Shown: one piece after another, positions 9,259 through 18,505 of the stretch
Layout of the letters: every line of letters starts with the position of its first letter
How positions within the stretch are numbered: the stretch's first letter is position 1
Notes under the pieces: generated by a model
What the model was told of the DNA's origin: nothing
The model's input: the letters and a program-made list of their open reading frames with translations, nothing else
Databases searched by the model: none
Program-made: the position numbers and the translations under genes
DNA from: Acidimicrobiales bacterium
GTDB lineage: Bacteria > Actinomycetota > Acidimicrobiia > Acidimicrobiales > CATQHL01
DNA: 64,000 nt
Direction: 5' to 3'
NCBI GenBank assembly: GCA_965220035.1
Contig: CBDCPC010000002.1
Location: forward strand, 1,466,151-1,530,150

Positions 9259-10628
9259 GGCTTGACGTCCTGATCGAAGGGCACCTCGGTGGACATGTGG
9301 AGATTCTTGGCGCCGACGACGCGAACTTCTGGTACGACTCGGGCTATCTAGAGATGCCCGAGCCGACGCCCCTGTCGGTGCGGTTTCCCCTCCGCGAGGA
9401 GGTTTTCGATTCACCCGAAGTGGCTTATTGGCTGCAGAACCTTCTTCCCGACGATGAGGATGTGATCGAAGACTGGTGCGGCACATTCGGGGGCGATGTG
9501 GCGTGCCCTATCACACTGCTTGGCACCCCGGTGGGCGTGGAATGTGCCGGCGCGGTGCAGTTCTGCAGCCCTGATCGCACCGCCGAACTGCTCGACGCCC
9601 CCGGCGGGCTGGAACCGCTCAGCGAAGCCGCCCTGTGGGCAGGCCTACAGCGCCTGAGCGAGGACTCGTCGTTCCGGTTCGCTGCCCCCTACGGCGATTC
9701 GGGGCGCAGCGTCGCCGGGATGCAACCCAAGGATGCGCTCACCATGACTGCTGATGGTTGGGCGGTCCCGTGGGGGCGCAGAGCAACAACACATATCTTG
9801 AAACTAGACCGACGGCGGTGGCGGCACGAGACGCTCGTCGAACATGTGACGATGCGATCCGCGGCGCGCGTCGGCATCCCGACACCGCCGACCCACCTGC
9901 TCCACGGTGACGGCCTTGATGTGATTGTCGTGGAGCGTTATGACCGCCGCGTGCTGGAGGGAGCGCCAGGGCCGCTACGCATCCATCAAGAAGACTTCTG
10001 TCAAGCCTTGGGGCTTCCGCCGAAGTGCCGCAACCAAGGCGCGATCAACGGCGCGACCGTTGATCGCTGCGCCAAGATTCTCGCCGACGTTGTTGACGCC
10101 GACACCGCCGATCATGCACTACTGGCGGACATGGTCCTGTACCGGTGGATCGCAGGGGATACCGACGCGCACGCCAAAAATATCAGCATCCTGATGTCGG
10201 GTGCCGAAAGAGCACTCGCGCCGCTGTATGACGCTGCCAGCTACCTGCCGCACCGTCGCGGTGCCGAAGCGGCGCTGCCCCTAGCAATGTGGGCAGGCCG
10301 GCCGGGACGCCAGCGGAAGCTCCACAGCGCCGACACACCGCGATCTCTGCACCAGGTGGCGCGAGCGTTCAACTTGGCACCCGAGACGGTGGCTCAGCGC
10401 GTTGAGAGTCTCGCCGCTGTGACGCCCAACGCGTTCGAGACGACGATCAACACGCTAACCATGGCTGAGCAGGCCACCGCCGAGGGACTCAACCTCGCCG
10501 CCGACGTAGCTGCCCGCGCCTCTAGATGCGCCGCGATCGCAAACAAGCTCACCACCCAGCTCGCCTCGAGAGAGTCGCCCCCACAGACGCCGCACCAAGA
10601 CCTCAACGGCAGCGTCGGACTCACCTGA
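9255..10628 (+). CDS. hipA: HipA-family Ser/Thr kinase toxin
   Basis: 457 aa. N-terminal HipA coupling region (LPDDEDVIEDW), AGMQPK, catalytic region RWIAGDTDAHAKNISIL. Confidence 0.85.
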   Translation: MRLDVLIEGHLGGHVEILGADDANFWYDSGYLEMPEPTPLSVRFPLREEVFDSPEVAYWLQNLLPDDEDVIEDWCGTFGGDVACPITLLGTPVGVECAGAVQFCSPDRTAELLDAPGGLEPLSEAALWAGLQRLSEDSSFRFAAPYGDSGRSVAGMQPKDALTMTADGWAVPWGRRATTHILKLDRRRWRHETLVEHVTMRSAARVGIPTPPTHLLHGDGLDVIVVERYDRRVLEGAPGPLRIHQEDFCQALGLPPKCRNQGAINGATVDRCAKILADVVDADTADHALLADMVLYRWIAGDTDAHAKNISILMSGAERALAPLYDAASYLPHRRGAEAALPLAMWAGRPGRQRKLHSADTPRSLHQVARAFNLAPETVAQRVESLAAVTPNAFETTINTLTMAEQATAEGLNLAADVAARASRCAAIANKLTTQLASRESPPQTPHQDLNGSVGLT

Positions 10629-10914
10629 GGACACGACACCCTCAAATCGGGTCCAGCGCTGACCGGGGGGCCGTTCTGTGGCCTGGCCATCTTGGCGGCG
10701 ATTCCCGCCGCTGGCGGTGCTCGTCAGCGCCCGCCAAGGCAACCTAGGTCCCGACGCAACGGGCGCCGGGCTAGCGAGGGTGCCACCGGCGCCGATTGCG
10801 CGGACAGGCTGCCGCGCCAAAATGTGGAGACCCCCCTGTTCAAAATGTGGCGCGTTCCGATCGGCCTCTGGTTTCGGCTGGTCGGGTGTGGTGGCGAAGA
10901 CCCCACGCCGGGCG

Positions 10915-12566
10915 CTTAGCCTGAATCCACCGATTCGGGTTGGTGGTGGGCGCGTTGGGGTGGGTTTTGGTGGTTGGGGGCGTGTGGGCGTGTCGGCTGA
11001 GGTCGCCGGTGGCGGTGTGGGGGCGCCGGTGGGCGGCGTTGGGCCGGTTGGGGGCGTGTGGGGGCGCGTTGCGGCGCCGGGCGCCGGGTTGGTGGGTGTT
11101 GGCGGTGGGGGTTCAGCAGAGTTGGGGTAGGGCGCGGATGTTGGTGAGGGTTGTGTGGAACAGTGCTGCCCAGGGCCATCGTGCGGGGAGGCGCACGACG
11201 GGGCGTCCGGCGTGGTTGAGGTGGCGCCCGGGTAGGGCGAGGAGCCGGTTGCGGACGGTTTGGCCGACGGTGAGTTGGCCCGGTGGGCGACCTGTGGCGA
11301 GTCCGTTGAGCCAGCGGTAGAGGTTGTGGGCGAGTGTGGCGCAGGCCAGCCAGGCGGCGTTGGCGGCGAAGCTCCCCGAGGGCAGGTGGGTGAGGCCGGT
11401 GCTGTTCTTGAGGTCCCGGATGGCCAACTCGACGGTGGCGTGGGCGCGGTGGTAGGCGTCGGCGTCGCTGGTGTCGGGGTCGGTTCGGTTGGTGATGAAG
11501 GCGTGGTGGCGCCAGTCGGGCCACAGTTCGCCCTGCGTCGCGTCGGTGAGGCGACTGCGGCGCACGACGAGGCGCAGGGAGCGTTGTTTGCCGCGTTCGC
11601 CGGCGAGGAGGGTGGTCTCCGCGACGTGCGCCTCGCCGCCGGCGGTGTAGCCAATGGGCGCCCAGGCTTGTTCGGGAATGCGGGCGATGGCGGCTTTGAC
11701 GTGGGCGTATTGGGGGATCGTGATCGACCAGCACACCTTGAGCGCGTCGAGGCGCCCCAAGAGGTCGTAGCTGAAGAACCCCGAGTCGGCGCGCACGCAG
11801 AGTTCCCCCGCCGCGCCGGCGCGGCGCGCCCGGCCGATCGTCTCGACGACGAAATGGGCGTTGCCGCTCTGCGAGGAGCCTTTGCGCAGGCGTGCGTGGA
11901 GTATCTCCCCGGTCTCGGCGCGGGCCGCGACGAGGGGGTGATAGCCGAGTTGTTTGGTGTGCCCGTAGGCGGCGCCGGCCTTTGCCTTGCCGGACACCTC
12001 ACAGATCGTGGAATCCACGTCGATGGTCACCGACTCCTTCCCGGGACCGCCGCCGGCCGCCCACGCCCGGCCCAGCACCTGCTCGGCGGCTTTGTCCAGC
12101 TGGCGGACGTGGCCCCACGTGAACGATCGCAGGAACACCCCCACCGTCGACGGCGCCGCCGGGCGGAAACCCAACACGCCAGCGGTCGCGCCGGCGCGCA
12201 GGCGATCCACATGATCGATATGGGTGGCGCCCACCAGCATCGCCGCCACCAACGTCAAGACCTTCCGCCCCGGCGCCGCCGCGCCCACACGGCGCCCCAG
12301 GCGCACCGCGGCGTCCACCACAGACGCCAACCCCAAGCGCCCCATCAGCGTCGCCGCCGCCAACAGGCCCGCATCGGCGACCAACGACTCGTCGTCGAAG
12401 ACCACCCCCAACCGGTCAATCTTGTGCGATACTCCACTCACAGGAAGTGCCTCCCGATCCGGGCCGAAAGCCGCGGTTACTAACGGCCATTCTCCCAGGT
12501 CAGCGAGGCACTTCCGCGCATTTACACCCCCAAACGCACACCCCCCACCGGTGGATCCAGGCTCAG
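10915..12566 (-). mobile_element. IS1380-family insertion sequence, copy 2 (about 1.65 kb)
   Basis: Ends CTTAGCCTGAATCCACCG (10915..) and CGGTGGATCCAGGCTCAG (..12566). Encloses transposase 11113..12441. Confidence 0.85.
11113..12441 (-). CDS. IS1380-family transposase (copy 2)
   Basis: 442 aa, collinear with 4205..5533 product, with many substitutions, so not a recent duplicate. Confidence 0.9.
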   Translation of the reverse strand: MSGVSHKIDRLGVVFDDESLVADAGLLAAATLMGRLGLASVVDAAVRLGRRVGAAAPGRKVLTLVAAMLVGATHIDHVDRLRAGATAGVLGFRPAAPSTVGVFLRSFTWGHVRQLDKAAEQVLGRAWAAGGGPGKESVTIDVDSTICEVSGKAKAGAAYGHTKQLGYHPLVAARAETGEILHARLRKGSSQSGNAHFVVETIGRARRAGAAGELCVRADSGFFSYDLLGRLDALKVCWSITIPQYAHVKAAIARIPEQAWAPIGYTAGGEAHVAETTLLAGERGKQRSLRLVVRRSRLTDATQGELWPDWRHHAFITNRTDPDTSDADAYHRAHATVELAIRDLKNSTGLTHLPSGSFAANAAWLACATLAHNLYRWLNGLATGRPPGQLTVGQTVRNRLLALPGRHLNHAGRPVVRLPARWPWAALFHTTLTNIRALPQLC

Positions 12567-12768
12567 CGAGTTAGGACTCGTTGAGTAGGCCAGTTAGTTG
12601 TTGACGCGCCGGTTCGGCGCAGTTTGGGGGTGTTGGCGCGCTTTGGGGGCCTAGTTGGTGGTGTCTTCGGCGCCGCTGGGGGCGGCGCGCATGCTGGTTA
12701 CTTGTTGTGGGGCGCGGCGAGGCCAGCGGTGTTGGTCCGCTGGTGGTGGGGGCGTCGGCGCGGGGTGG

Positions 12769-13002
12769 TTAGGGCGGCGCGCGGCCTGTGGCGGGCCCTG
12801 TGGCGGCCATGGGATCGGTGTGAGGGCCGGATTCGCCGCCGGAGTCGTGTGGTGGTTGTGGTGGCGTGTGCGTGTGTTCGGGCTCGTTGTGGGCGGTGAG
12901 GGCGAGGTTGTAGATGATTGCTTGGGCGAGCGCTGCGATGGCGCGGGGGATTCTGCTGAGCGATCGACATGTGCCGGGGCGGAGGGCGCCTTTGTGGCCG
13001 TC
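12769..13002 (-). pseudogene. C-terminal remnant of the same unassigned DDE transposase as 2743..3986
   Basis: HKGALRPGTCRSLSRIPRAIAALAQAIIYNLALTA matches DKGALLPGTCRSLSRIPRAIAALARAVIYNLNLSA of copy 1. Nothing upstream is homologous. Confidence 0.7.
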
Positions 13003-13175
13003 GCTGTGCTTCCCAACGTCCGCACCGGGGTCAACTGGGGGCATATCGCCGCCATCACCCACCTCAAGCTACAGCCGCACATACCGCCGCAGTGCCGCCG
13101 GTCGCCTACGCGGTGATCGCTGCGACACGGCAGACGGTGTGCCGAATGTCTGGACGGCGACCTCGGGATGGTCGA

Positions 13176-13520
13176 CTACAGGTAGTCGAGTTCGGCGCCG
13201 GGTGGGGTGATCGCGGTGACGAATTCGGGGATGCTCACCGCTATGGCTTCCCAAACATATTGGGGGCCCGTCTTGTGGTACTCGTGAGCCAGGAAGTTGC
13301 GCATAGCAGCCGCCTCGCGTACTAGCGCCTGTGGGTGAGCGTCGACGAACGCGGGAGACAACTTGCTTGCTGCCTCGCCAATGATCCCAATGGCTCGCTC
13401 AGCGGCGTACTGGAGGAGTAGAGAGTCGGTGAACTCGACCTCCCCGCGCCGGACCACCTCAGCGGCGACAGCGCTAGCGGCATGAATGTCCGCGACCCGG
13501 TCGGCGTCTGGGCGGGTCAC
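13176..13520 (-). CDS. hepT: HepT-like (DUF86) RNase toxin
   Basis: 114 aa with the R-x4-H-x-Y motif (MRNFLAHEYH). 4-nt overlap with the upstream mntA-like gene. Confidence 0.8.
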   Translation of the reverse strand: MTRPDADRVADIHAASAVAAEVVRRGEVEFTDSLLLQYAAERAIGIIGEAASKLSPAFVDAHPQALVREAAAMRNFLAHEYHKTGPQYVWEAIAVSIPEFVTAITPPGAELDYL

Positions 13521-13807
13521 AGCGCCACGGCGTCGGCGAGCAAGTCTGGCCAGCAGTGGCTATCTGCGTCTGCAGGGACAATATCGACAGTCCGCCCGAG
13601 AAGGTCCTCTAGGTCCAGGTGGAGGCCAGCAAGATCCATCAACGATGTGTGGGGAAGGAACTCGACGACGAAGTCGTAATCGCTGTCAGGGCCGTCTTCC
13701 CCCCGGGCAACGGAGCCGACTAGTGAGATAGACACGGCCCGGCGCCGCGGCAGTAGGGCAAGAATATCGGCTCGTAGGGTCCTCAGGATCAGATCACGGC
13801 ACGACAT
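13517..13807 (-). CDS. mntA: MntA-like minimal nucleotidyltransferase antitoxin
   Basis: 96 aa; GSVARGEDGPDSDYDFVV (G-S-x10-D-x-D NTase signature). Confidence 0.8.
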   Translation of the reverse strand: MSCRDLILRTLRADILALLPRRRAVSISLVGSVARGEDGPDSDYDFVVEFLPHTSLMDLAGLHLDLEDLLGRTVDIVPADADSHCWPDLLADAVAL

Positions 13808-14090
13808 ACCCCAAGTCTACGTGGACAAAGGTGCTGTGGTCCAAGCGCTGACACCGGAGGGCCGATGGAAGGCTGGCGACTGTGGCCTAGTCCTCGCCAT
13901 CGCGCGGTCCGAGGTGTTGTGGCGACTGGCTGCTTGGGCAGCAACGAAGTCAACGCGACATGGCGCGGTCCAGATGCAAGAGCGGTCGCAGCGAGACAGA
14001 GGAGGTCATCCCGGCCAGCGAGAACCGGCAGCGCCTGCGCGAATCCTGGCGTAAACGGGTTCTCGCCGGGAGTCATTGCGCCCTCCTCGC

Positions 14091-14210
14091 CTAGTGTCCC
14101 GAGTCGGAAGTTCGCTGGCGTTTCGATGGCCCCGCTATTCGCATTTGCGCAGGCCAGCTCGCTGCAGCAATCCTCCGAATACCAAACGAACTAATCGCTC
14201 AGGACACTAG
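14091..14210 (+). mobile_element. 120-bp MITE-like element, copy A
   Basis: Terminal inverted repeats CTAGTGTCCCGAG / CTCAGGACACTAG. The whole 120 bp recurs in inverted orientation at 44143..44262 with one mismatch seen by eye. No coding capacity. Confidence 0.8.
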
Positions 14211-14290
14211 ACCGCGCGCCTTGATCTGGCGAGCGTGACGGCCAGACTCTTGCTGGCGATACGCTCTGCCTCGCTCGAAAAGGACTTCAG

Positions 14291-15364
14291 GTGATCGTAA
14301 AATCATACAAGCCAGCGACCGTGCATAAGGATCCCCGTCAGCGAGCGGGTGCGGCCGCCGAGAGGCAAATGGCGCACTATCTGCACCGAAGGTTCAGTGA
14401 AGATCAGGGTGTCTACGTGCTACACGGTTTGAGGCTCGAGGATCCCGTCCAGCCGGAGCAGGATGGCTCCACCGGGGTGTGCCAGATCGATCATCTGCTC
14501 GTGCATCGCTGGGGGCTGTTCATCATCGAGAGCAAGTCGGTGACCGAAGAAGTGCTGGTCCACTCCGACGGCTCAGGTGGAGATGAGTGGAGCCGCGTGT
14601 ACCGAGGCAAGGAGATGGGAATGCCTTCTCCAATTCGCCAGGCGCAGCGGCAATCGGAGTTCCTGCGGGCGTTCTTGCAACGGCACCGGGAGGAATTGCG
14701 CGGGAGGGCACCTGCCGGGCTCCGCACCGTTGTCAAGCTCGTCGCGGGAACAGATCAGCATGGTTTCAAGTCGGCGCCGATCCAGTTGGTGATCGCCGTG
14801 TCCGACAAGGGGAAGATCAAACGGCGTGGTGGTTGGGAGGAGCCGCAGGAGCCGTTTCGGGTGTTCGTGACCAAGGCGGATCTGGTCACCGACAAGATCC
14901 GCGAGGAGCTTGAGCGACATAGAAGAGGCCCGACCCTGGTGGGTGCCGAATCTGCTCGCAATTACGGCATGTGGAGTATGAAAGAGCCGGAAGTTGAATC
15001 GGTGGCTGAGTTCCTCAACGCGCGACACGTGGATCGCTCGGGCGCTTCGCCACCCCGATCCAAGCGGATTGCTCCCAACCGCGATCGCAGGTCATCCCGG
15101 GACAAAGCTGACGGCACCGGACACTCGACGAAACCGACCTGCAAGCATTGCGGGTCGGACGACCTCACCGCACACTGGGGCAAGTACGGCTACTACTGGC
15201 GGTGCGGCACGTGTGAGCAGAACACGGCGATGCCCGTGATCTGCTCTGCATGTGAAACCGAGGGAACACGGGGCAAAGGGGTGCGGGTCCGCAAGGACAA
15301 GGCAACGTATTCTCGTGACTGCGAAGCATGCGGGCATTCCGAAACAATTTGGACTGAGGACTGA
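14291..15364 (+). CDS. NERD-domain protein with C-terminal topoisomerase-type zinc ribbons
   Basis: GTG start. NERD core (GAAAERQMAHYL, GVCQIDHLLVHRWGLFIIESK). C-terminus has two C4 ribbons (CKHCGSDDLTAHWGKYGYYWRCGTCEQ; CSACE...CEACGH). Confidence 0.8.
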   Translation: MIVKSYKPATVHKDPRQRAGAAAERQMAHYLHRRFSEDQGVYVLHGLRLEDPVQPEQDGSTGVCQIDHLLVHRWGLFIIESKSVTEEVLVHSDGSGGDEWSRVYRGKEMGMPSPIRQAQRQSEFLRAFLQRHREELRGRAPAGLRTVVKLVAGTDQHGFKSAPIQLVIAVSDKGKIKRRGGWEEPQEPFRVFVTKADLVTDKIREELERHRRGPTLVGAESARNYGMWSMKEPEVESVAEFLNARHVDRSGASPPRSKRIAPNRDRRSSRDKADGTGHSTKPTCKHCGSDDLTAHWGKYGYYWRCGTCEQNTAMPVICSACETEGTRGKGVRVRKDKATYSRDCEACGHSETIWTED

Positions 15365-15508
15365 ACACCGCTCGCCCCGGCGAGACGTTGTCGGTGGAGA
15401 GTTGGCATCACCCGCGGCCTTTCTCATCTATCGCACGTCACCGCCGGCCTGCGACCTGAGCGTGTCGACGGCTCCATCACCGCCCAGCACGACCCCGGGA
15501 GATTCCCC

Positions 15509-15826
15509 ATGCGTACCCACACCCGTATTCGTCGCGGCCCCCGCCGCGGCACCAAGCCGCCTTCCACGTCGATCGGCTGGGGAGTCAGCCTCACGCAAGC
15601 GCTGATAGCGGCCGCCGCGGGCGCCGCCTACGGCCGCGAAGCCGCGGCGGGGTTCGGTGATCCTGCGCTGCAGGGGCTCGTGGCACTTCTTGCTGCCGCC
15701 GGCGTGGTCGTCGTTCTCGGCCAGGAGCATCTGCGCGAAGCAATGGAGCGCGGTGTCGGCACCTCGGAGCGGGAGGGTTATGGCATGCGAGCCTTGGTGC
15801 TCACCATCGCCCACCCTTGGTCATAG
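15509..15826 (+). CDS. small hypothetical membrane protein (two hydrophobic helices)
   Basis: 105-aa ORF ending 10 nt inside the KAP gene. Hydrophobic stretches LTQALIAAAAGAAYG and LVALLAAAGVVVVLG. No homology recognised; could be a high-GC artefact. Confidence 0.3.
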   Translation: MRTHTRIRRGPRRGTKPPSTSIGWGVSLTQALIAAAAGAAYGREAAAGFGDPALQGLVALLAAAGVVVVLGQEHLREAMERGVGTSEREGYGMRALVLTIAHPWS

Positions 15827-17040
15827 CGGGCACGTTGATCTATCTCGCGAGCTACGAGCACGGGTGGTGGCCGTTGGGCCGCCCCGAGGATCACACGTTG
15901 CAGCGAGGTGTGGTGTTCGGCGTGCTCGTCGCGATTCTGGTGTGGCTGCTGGTCGCTGCTGCCACCACCCCACTGTTGGCCCTCGACGCCCGCAAGCGCG
16001 CCGGCGCGTCGTCGGCGCCCTGGCCCCCGGTGCCTGCTGATGTCGCAGGCTTGCCGTGGCCGGACACCTTCCAGGCGCCGCCGGGAGATCCGTACGAGAA
16101 CGACGCCTTCGAGCGGGAGGAGGATGTGCGCCGGTTCGGCGAGTTGCTGCTAGCCGGTCCGGCACCGGCGGTGTGGGCCCTTGCGGGGCCGTGGGGCTCG
16201 GGGAAGTCGGCGTTCGCCCGGATGGCGGCCGCGGAGTGCCAGCGCCAGGACGCCGTCAGCAAGTGCATCGAGGTGTCCGCCCCGGCGGGACGTCTGGGAG
16301 GTGCACCGTTGTTCGATCTCGCGGCGGCGTTGGCGCACGGTCTGGCCCCGGCGGACGCTGGGGAGCGCCGCGGTGGGATCTCCCAGATGTTCGATCTGGC
16401 GCGCTCCTACGCGGAACCTGTCCGCCTGGCGCAAGAGTTGCGCGCCGGCGATGACCCGCGGGGGACCCTCAATGAGTTTGCTGGGGTGGTGCGGGAACTG
16501 GTGGAAGAAGAAGCTGGCCGGGTCGTCCTGTGGATCGACGACCTTGACCGCTGCCCGCCGGATTACGCGTTGGAGATGCTGCACGCCGTGCGCGCCGTCA
16601 CTGCGTGCCGCAATCTCTCGACAGTGCTCGTGGTGAACCACAAGGCGCTCGTCACCGCAGTCGACCACAGGTATGGGCTGGGCCCCGAAGCGGGGGCCTA
16701 CCTCGACCGCTTCATCGATTTCAGGATCGACCTACCGCCGTTGGGCCCCGGGGATGTCCGGCCAGGGGGGCTGCGCGAACGGTGGATGCTCGAGCGCGCT
16801 GAGACCATCGGCCTGGCCGCGACGATGAAGGACACCGCCCCCCTCAGGATGCTGGTCGGCGCGGCCTGGACCGAGGCGCTGTCCTTGCGGGACCTCGAGC
16901 AGCTTGTGTACCGCGCTTCGGTGGTGCTGGGAGGCATCCCAAGCCGCCTGCCCCCTCTGCTCGGCGAGGTGGACCCCTTTACCTTGTTGGGTGGCTCTGG
17001 CGTGGCAGTGTCGGGGCTGGTTGCTCGCCGCGGCGGGTAG
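15817..17040 (+). CDS. KAP-family P-loop NTPase with N-terminal transmembrane segment (Tmn-like)
   Basis: Walker A LAGPWGSGKSAF, KAP signature VVLWIDDLDRCPPDYALEMLHAVR, TM helix VVFGVLVAILVWLLVAAATTPLLAL. Listed start is TTG. The stop lies immediately before the IS110 element. Confidence 0.8.
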   Translation: MVIAGTLIYLASYEHGWWPLGRPEDHTLQRGVVFGVLVAILVWLLVAAATTPLLALDARKRAGASSAPWPPVPADVAGLPWPDTFQAPPGDPYENDAFEREEDVRRFGELLLAGPAPAVWALAGPWGSGKSAFARMAAAECQRQDAVSKCIEVSAPAGRLGGAPLFDLAAALAHGLAPADAGERRGGISQMFDLARSYAEPVRLAQELRAGDDPRGTLNEFAGVVRELVEEEAGRVVLWIDDLDRCPPDYALEMLHAVRAVTACRNLSTVLVVNHKALVTAVDHRYGLGPEAGAYLDRFIDFRIDLPPLGPGDVRPGGLRERWMLERAETIGLAATMKDTAPLRMLVGAAWTEALSLRDLEQLVYRASVVLGGIPSRLPPLLGEVDPFTLLGGSGVAVSGLVARRGG

Positions 17041-17210
17041 GGCTGTAGCCCCCTGTCAGTTCGATGGCCCGGGGGGTGTTGCCGCCCGCCGCGGTCGGGT
17101 GTCCTGGGACCTCTGACAGGGACATGCCTTCGGGGCTGGACGTAAAGTGGTTGAGGCGCAGGCACCGGGAGCATCCGATTGAGAATGCCCCCGGACCCGA
17201 GGAGCCCGCC
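17041..17210 (+). ncRNA. candidate IS110 bridge RNA (5' non-coding end)
   Basis: About 170-nt non-coding leader directly upstream of the recombinase gene. 9-bp stem CCCTGTCAG (17051..17059) / CTGACAGGG (17113..17121) encloses a GC-rich 53-nt segment. Size and position match published IS110-group bridge RNAs. Confidence 0.3.
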
Positions 17211-18431
17211 ATGGAAGAACCCGACTGCGTCGACATCGAGGTGTTCGTCGGCGTCGACATCGCCAAGGGTGATCACTACGCCTGCGCGGTGACCGCAGGC
17301 GGCGCCGAGGTGCTGGCGCGCGGCGTGCGCAACGACGAGGCGGCGATCGGCCGGCTCATCGACGACGCCGCCGCTCACGGTGCGGTCGCTTTGGTGATCG
17401 ACACGACCAGCTCGGCGGCGTCGCTGCTGTTGGAGGCCACCGCTCGCCGAGAGGTCCCGGTGGCCTATGTGACCGGCCTGGCGATGCGGCGCGCCGCGGA
17501 CCTCTACGCCGGCGCGGCCAAGACCGACCCCAAAGACGCCGCGGTGCTCGCCGACTACGCCCGCCGCAACGCCGACCGCTTGACGTGGACGGCGCCCAGC
17601 GACGAACTCTTGGCGCGCCTGCGGATCCTCAACGGCCGAGACGCCGACCTCGCCGCGGACGCCACCAGAGCCGCCAACCGCCTCAGAGACGCCCTGGTGG
17701 CCATCTCGCCCGCCCTGGAGCGAGCCGTCGGCGACAAGGTGGCCTCCAGCGGCGGCGCACGCGACGCCCTGGCGCGCTGGGGCACCCCCACCGCGCTCAG
17801 GTCCGCCGGGCGGGCACGAGTGCGCGCCCGCATCGCCAAACGCTCCCCCAGAGCCGCTCAACGCCTCACCGAAGCGATCTGGGCCGCCCTCGATGCGCAG
17901 ACCCTCACCGTGGTCGCAGAGGCCGCCTGGGGCGACACCATCTGCGAACTCGCCGCCGACCTGGACCGCATCTGCGCTCGCCGCGACCAACTCGCCAGCG
18001 ACATCGAAGACGCCTTCATGGCCCACCCGCTGGGAAAAGTCCTCGCCAGCCTGTGCGGGTTCGGCCCGCGGACCGGAGCCCGGACCCTCGCTGAGATCGG
18101 CGACCCCCACCGCTTCGCCGACGGCGGCCGCCTCGCCTCCTACGCCGGGCTCGCACCCGTGGACTGGCAATCAGGGCGCAGCGCTGCGTCCCGCAAACCC
18201 CGAGGCGGCAACCACCGCCTCAAAAACGCCCTGTTCACCGCAGCCTTTGTCGCCGCCCAACACGACCCCGACGCACGCGCCTACTACCAGCGCAAACGCT
18301 CAGAAGGCAAACGCCACAACGCCGCGGTCGTCTGCGTCGCCCGACGCCGCTGCAACATCATCCTCGCCATGCTCAAAACCCAAACCCCCTACCAACCACC
18401 CCAACCCCAAGACCTGCCCCAAGCCGCCTAG
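17211..18431 (+). CDS. IS110-family transposase/recombinase
   Basis: Start at MEEPDCVDIEVFVGVDIAKG (ATG 17211, inside ORF 17064..18431). DEDD N-domain (GVDIAKGDH, VIDTTSS), C-terminal GFGPRTGARTLAEIGDPHRFADGGRLASYAGLAP...SGR. Confidence 0.9.
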   Translation: MEEPDCVDIEVFVGVDIAKGDHYACAVTAGGAEVLARGVRNDEAAIGRLIDDAAAHGAVALVIDTTSSAASLLLEATARREVPVAYVTGLAMRRAADLYAGAAKTDPKDAAVLADYARRNADRLTWTAPSDELLARLRILNGRDADLAADATRAANRLRDALVAISPALERAVGDKVASSGGARDALARWGTPTALRSAGRARVRARIAKRSPRAAQRLTEAIWAALDAQTLTVVAEAAWGDTICELAADLDRICARRDQLASDIEDAFMAHPLGKVLASLCGFGPRTGARTLAEIGDPHRFADGGRLASYAGLAPVDWQSGRSAASRKPRGGNHRLKNALFTAAFVAAQHDPDARAYYQRKRSEGKRHNAAVVCVARRRCNIILAMLKTQTPYQPPQPQDLPQAA

Positions 18432-18505
18432 AAAGACTTGACAACAAGACAGGGACACCCCCCGATCCCTTCCCGGCCGCCGACCGGGAGGCCATATCCC
18501 TCGCT

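Larger units (their letters stand above)
17041..18500 (+). mobile_element. IS110-family insertion sequence (boundaries approximate; this family lacks terminal IRs)
   Basis: Contains DEDD/RuvC-like transposase 17211..18431, a 170-nt structured 5' non-coding end and about 70 nt of 3' flank. Exact ends cannot be set from one copy. Confidence 0.6.

Noticed and set aside
10455-12002. 515-aa minus-strand ORF overlapping hipA end and IS1380 copy 2
   Set aside because: It is the off-frame shadow of the IS1380 transposase gene (11113..12441), Pro/Ala/Thr/Ser-rich with no domain.
13789-14090. 95-aa minus ORF starting MTPGENPFTPGFAQALPVLAGRDDLL (AAA/Arch-ATPase-like N-terminus) and overlapping plus ORF 13821..14054
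   Set aside because: Only the first about 35 residues look like an ATPase N-terminus and no Walker A follows. It is likely a truncated relic abutting the MITE. The plus-strand ORF has no support.
16698-18170. 490-aa minus-strand ORF
   Set aside because: It is antisense to the KAP NTPase and IS110 transposase genes, both of which have clear motifs. This is a high-GC artefact.
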